Source: Candidatus Omnitrophota bacterium (GTDB lineage: Bacteria > Omnitrophota > Gorgyraeia > Gorgyraeales > Gorgyraeaceae). From it: 54,716 bases of DNA. The translations under genes were made by a program, and so were the position numbers. Positions 48,100 through 54,716 of this stretch are shown one piece after another. Numbering within the stretch: the stretch's first letter is position 1; every line of letters begins with the position of its first letter. Location of the stretch: NCBI GenBank assembly GCA_003485765.1, contig DNHS01000035.1:11560-66275 (forward strand), in the 5' to 3' direction. Below the pieces are notes generated by a model. It was not told where the DNA came from, did no database searches, and saw only the letters and a program-made list of their open reading frames with translations.

Positions 48100-48175
48100 T
48101 AGCGGTAAATAATCCCGCTTTTTCCCCTTGCAATTTCTATGTATTATGCTAAACTTGCATACAGGAGGATGAAAT

Positions 48176-48382
48176 ATGGTTATTCAGACAGAATATCTTA
48201 TTGATCAAAAAGGTAAAAAAAAGTCAGTAGTTTTGCCCATCCGTAACTATGTCAAGCTGTTAGAACACCTTGAGGACATGGAAGACGCTCTCGATCTGAA
48301 AAAAGCAAAAAAGGATGCCAAAGATTTTATTGATTTCGGAAAATTTACTGCCAAGCTTAAAAAACAAGGCTGCATACAGTAA
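48176..48382 (+). CDS. Putative antitoxin
   Basis: RBS AGGAGG; DQKGKKKSVVLP...LEDMED; coupled (TAATG) to RelE gene. Confidence 0.75.
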   Translation: MVIQTEYLIDQKGKKKSVVLPIRNYVKLLEHLEDMEDALDLKKAKKDAKDFIDFGKFTAKLKKQGCIQ

Positions 48383-48633
48383 TGTATAGAATTATTATTG
48401 AGCGCAAAGCCGCTAAAGAAATAGAATGCCTTCCTAATGATACAATCCAGCGTGTTACAGATGCAATCAAGAATTTAAAACTTAACCCTCGGCCGCATGG
48501 CTCAAAGAAACTAACAGGAGAAGCCGGCTGGCGTGTTAGGATCGGAGATTATCGTATATTGTACACGATAGATGATAGTCAGAAACTTATTACGATATAC
48601 AGGGTAAAACATCGCAAAGAAGCGTACCGTTAG
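48382..48633 (+). CDS. RelE/ParE family toxin
   Basis: NPRPHGSKKL, WRVRIGDYRILY, HRKEAY. Confidence 0.92.
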   Translation: MYRIIIERKAAKEIECLPNDTIQRVTDAIKNLKLNPRPHGSKKLTGEAGWRVRIGDYRILYTIDDSQKLITIYRVKHRKEAYR

Positions 48634-48760
48634 AAGCTCTTTGCCCAAACCGGACATTTCTAATTTGGCTTGATAGCATAGGAAATTATCTGCGCAAAAT
48701 CTGCTAAAGTCTCTGCCCGAAGGGCAGATTTTGCTTGACAATTTTGTTAACAAATGTTAT

Positions 48761-49362
48761 ACTTTGTTAATAGAGGAGGTATTTAAACTATGCATAAATA
48801 TGATGAACATATTCTTATTGGAGCAAGAGTTCCTATTTCTCTCAAAGAGAAACTTTCCAAATACTGCTTAAATCATGGTGTTAAAATAAACTATTTCGTT
48901 ACCCAGGCAATTAAAGAAAAGCTGGAGGAGATTAACGAAGATAACTATGATATCGCAATCGCTGAAGAACGCCTTAAAAATCCAAAATTTATCTCCCAAA
49001 AAGACTTCGATAGGTACCTCTTAAAAAAGCGAATAAAAGTTAGGCATAAATAATGAACCCCAAAGGCGAAATAATTCTTTATACAGCTAAAGACGGCAAA
49101 GTTACTGTTGAAGTCAATCTTCAGCGAGAAACAGTATGGCTTACTCAGAAACAGATTGCGCAGTTATTTGGTACTCAGAGGCCAGCCATAACAAAGCATT
49201 TACATAACATATTTAAAAGTAAAGAGTTGCAGGAGAGTTCAGTATGTTCCATTTTGGAACATACTGCTTAGTTGCGCTTACTCTCATGATTGCCGAAAGC
49301 AACTCCAACGAACGCGATATAATCGTTACTCTGGTAGTGAACCTAATCAATAAGAATAACTA
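48761..49362 (+). repeat. 602-bp direct repeat, copy 1
   Basis: Near-identical to 52272-52873 (offset 3511). Confidence 0.95.
48790..49053 (+). CDS. RHH-like orphan antitoxin, copy 1
   Basis: IGARVPISLKEKL...FVTQAIKEKLEE.ED pattern; RBS GGAGG; promoter TTGACA-N17-TATACT containing TTTGTTAACAAA. Confidence 0.65.
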   Translation: MHKYDEHILIGARVPISLKEKLSKYCLNHGVKINYFVTQAIKEKLEEINEDNYDIAIAEERLKNPKFISQKDFDRYLLKKRIKVRHK

Positions 49363-49363
49363 G
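49053..49363 (+). pseudogene. Internally deleted RhuM/Fic copy
   Basis: First 72 codons of the 44152 gene, a stop, then its last ~90 bp. Confidence 0.9.
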
Positions 49364-49388
49364 CCACTGTGTTTCCTAACGTACTATT

Positions 49389-49433
49389 TGCCCTATGCCC
49401 TCTGCTCTATGCTCTCTGCTCCATGCCTCATGC
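49389..49433 (+). repeat. Heptamer tandem repeat (TGCYCTW-like, ~6 units)
   Basis: TGCCCTA TGCCCTC TGCTCTA TGCTCTC TGCTCCA TGCCTCA. Confidence 0.8.
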
Positions 49434-49730
49434 TTTCTGTATGCTAAATTCTCAAGCTGTAAGAATTTTGTTGACAAGCCATCCATTTTCGGCGATTAAA
49501 GTAACCGCTTTGCCATGGCAATCCATCGATGAGGTTCTTTAAAATATCATTATTGCGCGTCATTGCGGGGCCCCTATTTATCGAGGCCAATCCCCCTACA
49601 GACTTTTTGCTCTACACTATTCGCTTTGTATTAGATACATAAATTATTCGTAATGATAAGCATTACGTAAAACAGTTTGACAGAATGCATATTTGTGATA
49701 TACTTGTAATAGTAAAGCATAAAGGATAAG

Positions 49731-50924
49731 ATGAACATTAACCAATTGCTTGAATTTGATCGTATGGCCAGAGAAGATGGTCAGAAATACGATAAAAGGC
49801 GCGAGCTTTATGATGATATTGCCCGGGACGTTGGTGCCCATTTTATTGGAATCGTTGGGCCGCGCGGCGCAGGCAAGACCATCATACTTAAACAATTGGC
49901 CCTGGCAAACGAAAGGTCTTTTTATGTATCCCTGGATGCTATGGAGGGTGATCTTTTCGATCTCATCAAGACTTTACATGAAACGATGCAGATCAGGTTG
50001 TTTCTGTTAGACGAGGTACATGTTTATCACCGTTTTGAGGCTGATCTCAAAAAAATCTACGATCTTTTTGATATAAGGGTGATCTTCACCAGTTCTACAG
50101 CGTTAGGGATGTATGAATCGGGTTACGATTTATCGCGGCGTGTCTTACTCAAGGCCCTTTATCCTTTTTCACTGCGGGAGTATGCGCGGTTTAAATATAC
50201 TCAGGAGTTTGACGCCTTAACTCTCAAGGATATTGTGGAGAAAAAGATTCCCCCTGATGTTTTTAGAGCAGGGGAGCATTTTTCATCGTATATTCAGGGT
50301 GGGCTTATGCCATTCGCTTTACAGGAGCCTCAGCCTCTGATGATTTTAGAGAACATTCTTAAAACAATTATTTATAAAGACATTCCTCATATAGCAAAGC
50401 TTTTGACCGATGAGTTGGATAAAATCGAACAGCTTATTCGTTTTATCGGGCTTTCCGGGGTGGATGGGATTAACTATTCCTCAGCGGCGCGGAATGTTCA
50501 TATTACGAAGTATAAAGCCGAGCAATATATTGCGCTTTTAGAACGAGCCTTTGTTTTACATCGGGTCTTCCCAATAGGGAGCAATGTGATGAAAGAGCCA
50601 AAGGTTGTCATGGCCTTGCCATACCGCCTTTTGTATAAACCGCTCAATGAGGCCATCGGCGGCTTGCGGGAGGATTTTTTTGTAGGAGCGCTTAGAGCTT
50701 TAGGCAAAGAAGTTTTTTATCTTAAGTCTATGCGCGGCCAAAAAACGCCGGATTACTTTATCCGTGATTCACAAGACATTGTCTTTGAAGTTGGCGGTAA
50801 GGGTAAAGGGAGAAGCCAGTTCAAAGGTATGGATGTTAAAATAAAGATTATCTTTGCCGATGGTTATGATATGACTGATATACGCCGTCCGTTATTTCTT
50901 GCTGGCCTGCTCAATGATGGGTGA
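49731..50924 (+). CDS. AAA_14-family ATPase
   Basis: GPRGAGKT, LLDEVH, DLSRR, REDFF, PDY...FEVGGKGK. Confidence 0.88.
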   Translation: MNINQLLEFDRMAREDGQKYDKRRELYDDIARDVGAHFIGIVGPRGAGKTIILKQLALANERSFYVSLDAMEGDLFDLIKTLHETMQIRLFLLDEVHVYHRFEADLKKIYDLFDIRVIFTSSTALGMYESGYDLSRRVLLKALYPFSLREYARFKYTQEFDALTLKDIVEKKIPPDVFRAGEHFSSYIQGGLMPFALQEPQPLMILENILKTIIYKDIPHIAKLLTDELDKIEQLIRFIGLSGVDGINYSSAARNVHITKYKAEQYIALLERAFVLHRVFPIGSNVMKEPKVVMALPYRLLYKPLNEAIGGLREDFFVGALRALGKEVFYLKSMRGQKTPDYFIRDSQDIVFEVGGKGKGRSQFKGMDVKIKIIFADGYDMTDIRRPLFLAGLLNDG

Positions 50925-51023
50925 GGCTAAGTGTAAAAGAACCATCTACGGGGTGCCGTAGGCCTCCCTGCAGGCGGCCAAAATCTACTTGACAATAATA
51001 GAAATATAAACTATACTTTATTT

Positions 51024-52253
51024 ATGCAAGGCAAAAATAAACCACTACTAAGATACCTTAATACAGCCATCCTTGGCGCAATAAAGAAGAGGTATTCAAC
51101 CCTTATTTTGGGCCCGCGCCAGGTAGGCAAAACTACCCTTGTAAACGAATGCCTGAAAGGCGTCAAAAATACCGTAACATATCTTCTGCAAGATCCTTCT
51201 TTGAGGATAGAGCTGGAGAGAGATCCATCCAGGTTGATTAACCAGGTTCGCGCGCTTAAAAAGAATCCTTATGTTTTTATTGACGAGGCGCAGAAAATCC
51301 CTTCTTTATTTGACGCAGCGCAGGTCCTGATTGATAATAAGGACGCGCAATTTATCCTTACGGGCTCATCCGCGAGGAAACTGAAAAGGCATGGTATTAA
51401 TCTTCTGCCGGGAAGAATAAAACGTTATCATCTGGACCCTTTATTATGGGGAGAGCTGGGATTAGTGAAAGATTGTTCCATAAAGGAGCTATCCATTAAA
51501 AACATTAACCGCAATGCGCAGTATTCTTTTGAGGATACGCTTATTTATGGGTCATTGCCTGGCATCGTAACATTACCGCAAAAAGACAGGCCGGATTTTT
51601 TAAGGGCTTACGCAGAGATGTACCTGGAGGAAGAAATTAGGGCAGAAGCCTTGAGCAGGAAAATAGGGGCTTTTTCTCGTTTTCTTGAGCTTGCCGCCGC
51701 GGAATCAGGCACAAATCCGAATTTATGCAAGCTTTCAAACGAGTCAGGGGTAAGTCAGCCGGCGGTTAAGGAGTTCTATAATATACTTGAGGATACTTTG
51801 GTTATTGAAAGGGTGGAGCCGTATTTAAAGAATGCCCGCAAGCGCATCCTTTCCTCATCGCGCTATTACTTTTTTGATTTAGGGGTAAGGAATGTCCTGG
51901 CGCGCCTGCCGCTTACCTCTGGTTTAGTGAATACCCAGAAGGGCGTTCTTTTTGAGCATGCGGTTATGCTTGAAATAATAAGAAGAGTTAAAGTATTAAA
52001 TAAAAATTATAAGATATGTTATTGGCGCACGTCCGCGGGAGCAGAAGTTGATTGTGTTGTTGATTTGGGCAGTTCGGTTATCCCCATAGAGATTAAAAGC
52101 TCTTCTTTTATCGCGCAATCGGAGATAAAAGGGCTAAAGAGTTTCTTAAGTGATTACGCCGGGGCAGCAAAACACGGTTATGTTATTACGATGGGAGGAA
52201 AAAGAGAGGTCCTCGCGGACAATATCACCGCCATCCCATGGTTTTATCTGTAG
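51024..52253 (+). CDS. AAA_14/DUF4143 ATP-binding protein
   Basis: GPRQVGKT, IDEAQK, TGSSARKL, YFFDLG, EVD...PIEIK. Confidence 0.9.
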   Translation: MQGKNKPLLRYLNTAILGAIKKRYSTLILGPRQVGKTTLVNECLKGVKNTVTYLLQDPSLRIELERDPSRLINQVRALKKNPYVFIDEAQKIPSLFDAAQVLIDNKDAQFILTGSSARKLKRHGINLLPGRIKRYHLDPLLWGELGLVKDCSIKELSIKNINRNAQYSFEDTLIYGSLPGIVTLPQKDRPDFLRAYAEMYLEEEIRAEALSRKIGAFSRFLELAAAESGTNPNLCKLSNESGVSQPAVKEFYNILEDTLVIERVEPYLKNARKRILSSSRYYFFDLGVRNVLARLPLTSGLVNTQKGVLFEHAVMLEIIRRVKVLNKNYKICYWRTSAGAEVDCVVDLGSSVIPIEIKSSSFIAQSEIKGLKSFLSDYAGAAKHGYVITMGGKREVLADNITAIPWFYL

Positions 52254-52271
52254 AATAAAATTGCCTTGACA

Positions 52272-52873
52272 ACTTTGTTAATAGAGGAGGTATTTAAACT
52301 ATGCATAAATATGATGAACATATTCTTATTGGAGCAAGAGTTCCTATTTCTCTCAAAGAGAAACTTTCCAAATACTGCTTAAATCATGGTGTTAAAATAA
52401 ACTATTTCGTTACCCAGGCAATTAAAGAAAAGCTGGAGGAGATTAACGAAGATAACTATGATATCGCAATCGCTGAAGAACGCCTTAAAAATCCAAAATT
52501 TATCTCCCAAAAAGACTTCGATAGGTACCTCTTAAAAAAGCGAATAAAAGTTAGGCATAAATAATGAACCCCAAAGGCGAAATAATTCTTTATACAGCTA
52601 AAGACGGCAAAGTTACTGTTGAAGTCAATCTTCAGCGAGAAACAGTATGGCTTACTCAAAAACAGATTGCGCAGTTATTTGGTATTCAGAGGCCAGCCAT
52701 AACAAAACATTTACATAATATATTTAAAAGTAAAGAGTTGCAGGAAGATTCAGTATGTTCCATTTTGGAACATACTGCTTAGTTGCGCTTACTCTCATGA
52801 TTGCCGAAAGCAACTCCAACGAACGCGATATAATCGTTACTCTGGTAGTGAACCTAATCAATAAGAATAACTA
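52272..52873 (+). repeat. 602-bp direct repeat, copy 2
   Basis: Near-identical to 48761-49362. Confidence 0.95.
52301..52564 (+). CDS. RHH-like orphan antitoxin, copy 2
   Basis: Protein identical to 48790-49053. Confidence 0.65.
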   Translation: MHKYDEHILIGARVPISLKEKLSKYCLNHGVKINYFVTQAIKEKLEEINEDNYDIAIAEERLKNPKFISQKDFDRYLLKKRIKVRHK

Positions 52874-52874
52874 A
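52564..52874 (+). pseudogene. Internally deleted RhuM/Fic copy 2
   Basis: Same deletion junction (CATACTGCT-TAGTTGCGC) as copy 1. Confidence 0.9.
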
Positions 52875-53023
52875 CCGCTGCTGCCCTATGTTCTCTGTCC
52901 TATTATGCCAAACCGGACATTTCTAAATTGGCTTGGCACTACCCAAAAGTTCCCGTTCCCATGCGGACAACTTCAAAAAATCTCCTTGACTACCATTAGC
53001 CTGCTATTATATACTATTGTTCA

Positions 53024-53407
53024 ATGATTGAACAAGCCCCCAGAGAAGAAATTCTCCACATAATAAGGCATTTAGAGGATGACCCTGCTGCTACACAGCG
53101 GGTTCTATCCAATAGGCTTGATATCTCCTTAGGAAAGACTAATTATCTGTTAAAAGAACTCGTTAAAAAGGGTTTTATCAAGGTCCAGAGTTTTTCACAT
53201 AATTCAGGCAAGCTTCAGAAGGTAAATTATCTTCTTACCAAGGAAGGGTTTGAAGAGAGGCTGCGTTTAACCGGTTATTTTTTAAAGGCAAAAGAAGAAG
53301 AATACAATAAAATGAAGAAAGACTGGGAGTTGTTAACTAATAGTCCAACACAATATTCTTCGAGCGAAGTCGAGAAGAAACCTCGCAGACTGCTGCGCCT
53401 GTCCTGA
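53024..53407 (+). CDS. EPS-associated MarR-family regulator, copy 2
   Basis: Close paralog of the 42064 gene; 52986-53369 aligns with 42026-42409. Confidence 0.87.
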   Translation: MIEQAPREEILHIIRHLEDDPAATQRVLSNRLDISLGKTNYLLKELVKKGFIKVQSFSHNSGKLQKVNYLLTKEGFEERLRLTGYFLKAKEEEYNKMKKDWELLTNSPTQYSSSEVEKKPRRLLRLS

Positions 53408-53507
53408 GCGAAGTCGAAGGAGGCATCCTGCGCGAGGTTGAGATGGTTATATAAGATGAGTGATATTGTAATAAAAGCAGAGGGTGGGCATTGGGAGGCG
53501 GCAGTGT

Positions 53508-54716
53508 ATGGATAAAATGGCTTCTGCGAAGATCAGGCGTATCATTGCTCAGGGCGAGGGCTTGACGGTTGAGTTTAAGACGGCGAAGGCCGGCTTGCCC
53601 GTCAATCTTTTTGAGACGATCTGTGCTTTTTTAAATCGCGGCGGCGGGACTATTTTACTGGGTGTCGCTGATGATAAAACCGTTGTCGGTGTTGATCCGC
53701 AAAAGGCCGATGCATATTGTAAAGATATAACAAATTTGTCTAACAATCCTCAGAAGCTTTCGTCGTCATTCCTTTTGGAAGTAAACACTGTTCATTATAA
53801 AGGGAAGGCCCTGATTTATATTTACGTCCCGGCCTCATCGCAAGTCCATCGTTGCGGCGGAAAGGTCTACGATCGCCGTGTTGATGGTGATTATGAAGTA
53901 AAAACTGACACGCAGATCAGGAATATCTATACCCGAAAGAGCGCTTATTACACGGAAGGAATTATTTATCCGTATTTGGAAGAGGCGCATTTCGTTAAGG
54001 GCATCGTTAAAAGAGCGCGGTCTATCATCAGGGTACATCGGCCTGAGCATCCATGGAATGTTCTTTCTGATAAAGAATTCTTTATTGCCTCTGGTTTATA
54101 TCGCCGCGATCTGGCTACAGCCAAGAAAGGTTTTACGCTTGCCGCCCTGATGCTTTTTGGGCGCGAAGAGATCATTCAAAGCGCTGTCCCGCATTATAAG
54201 ATCGATGCGCTTTTGCGCCGGGAAGACACTGAGCGTTATGATGACAGGGAGAATATCCGCTGTAATTTGATCGACGCGTACGACATTCTGATGAATTTTG
54301 TAGCTAAACATTTACCTGACAAATTTTTTATGGAAAGCGGCCAGCGCGTGTCGTTGCGGGAAAAGATATTCCGTGAGATCGTCGCCAATTTCTTGATCCA
54401 CAGGGAATACATGAATGCGTATCCTGCGACGCTGATTATTTACAAAGATAGGGTGGAAACAAAAAATGCTAACAAGCCGCACACTTTCGGGCCTCTTTAT
54501 CCTGGCAAATTTGAGCCTTTTCCGAAGAATCCGAATATGGCCAAGTTTTTTGCTCAAATAGGGCGCGCTGAAGAATTGGGCACCGGTATCCGCAGAGTAT
54601 TTCATTATATTAAGGCTTATTCGGGAAGTGAGAGGGTAGAATTCCTGGACGAGGACCTGTTCGTTGTGAAGGTGCCGTTGGTTGAGGGTAGTCAGAAAAG
54701 TTCCCAGAAAAGTTCC
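53508..54716 (+). CDS. AlbA_2 (Schlafen-like) plus HATPase_c_4 protein, runs off window end (not in ORF track)
   Basis: GGAGG RBS; MDKMASAKIRRIIAQGEGLTVEFK...ETICAFLNRGGGTILLGVADD; later REIVANFLIHREY, PKNP, AEELGTG. Confidence 0.88.
   Translation, partial: MDKMASAKIRRIIAQGEGLTVEFKTAKAGLPVNLFETICAFLNRGGGTILLGVADDKTVVGVDPQKADAYCKDITNLSNNPQKLSSSFLLEVNTVHYKGKALIYIYVPASSQVHRCGGKVYDRRVDGDYEVKTDTQIRNIYTRKSAYYTEGIIYPYLEEAHFVKGIVKRARSIIRVHRPEHPWNVLSDKEFFIASGLYRRDLATAKKGFTLAALMLFGREEIIQSAVPHYKIDALLRREDTERYDDRENIRCNLIDAYDILMNFVAKHLPDKFFMESGQRVSLREKIFREIVANFLIHREYMNAYPATLIIYKDRVETKNANKPHTFGPLYPGKFEPFPKNPNMAKFFAQIGRAEELGTGIRRVFHYIKAYSGSERVEFLDEDLFVVKVPLVEGSQKSSQKSS

Noticed and set aside
49053-49363. 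Stop readthrough or frameshift restoring rhuM
   Set aside because: About 680 bp including the Fic motif are deleted relative to 44152-45138
53549-54605. Five minus-strand ORFs at the window end
   Set aside because: Shadows of the plus-strand AlbA_2 gene starting at 53508

Overview
Bacterial chromosomal window, probably from the PVC superphylum and possibly Omnitrophota. That placement is inferred from two chlamydial-MOMP-like porins and signal-peptide-bearing enzyme fusions. (1) 1-7.1 kb core genes: typA (partial), comM/yifB, two MOMP-like barrels, DUF212, LysM L,D-transpeptidase, accA, tRNA-Leu(CAA). (2) 7.2-14.1 kb: an integrase-less stack of insertions at the 3' end of tRNA-Leu(CAG). It holds an AbiEi/AbiEii module and two cassettes that share an att-arm-like ~115-bp repeat and a secretion leader but carry unrelated cargo (a proline dehydrogenase-triosephosphate isomerase fusion; a GH144/GH189-like enzyme). 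(3) smpB-tmRNA followed by a 4.75-kb island. Its reconstructed attP lies inside a now truncated serine recombinase-like gene, so excision would fuse an HTH domain onto the recombinase C-terminus. (4) 19.9-41 kb glycan locus, probably for beta-mannan: circularly permuted ROK protein, GH130, GPH symporter, Gfo/Idh/MocA pair, ABC transporter, three GH113, duplicated CBMs, GH94, GT2, a c-di-GMP-I riboswitch and a PilZ protein. (5) 41-54.7 kb: a duplication-rich mosaic of toxin-antitoxin modules, AAA_14 ATPases, EPS-associated MarR genes and RhuM/Fic around an SLBB polysaccharide export gene. All calls come from reading motifs by eye; no database searches were run.
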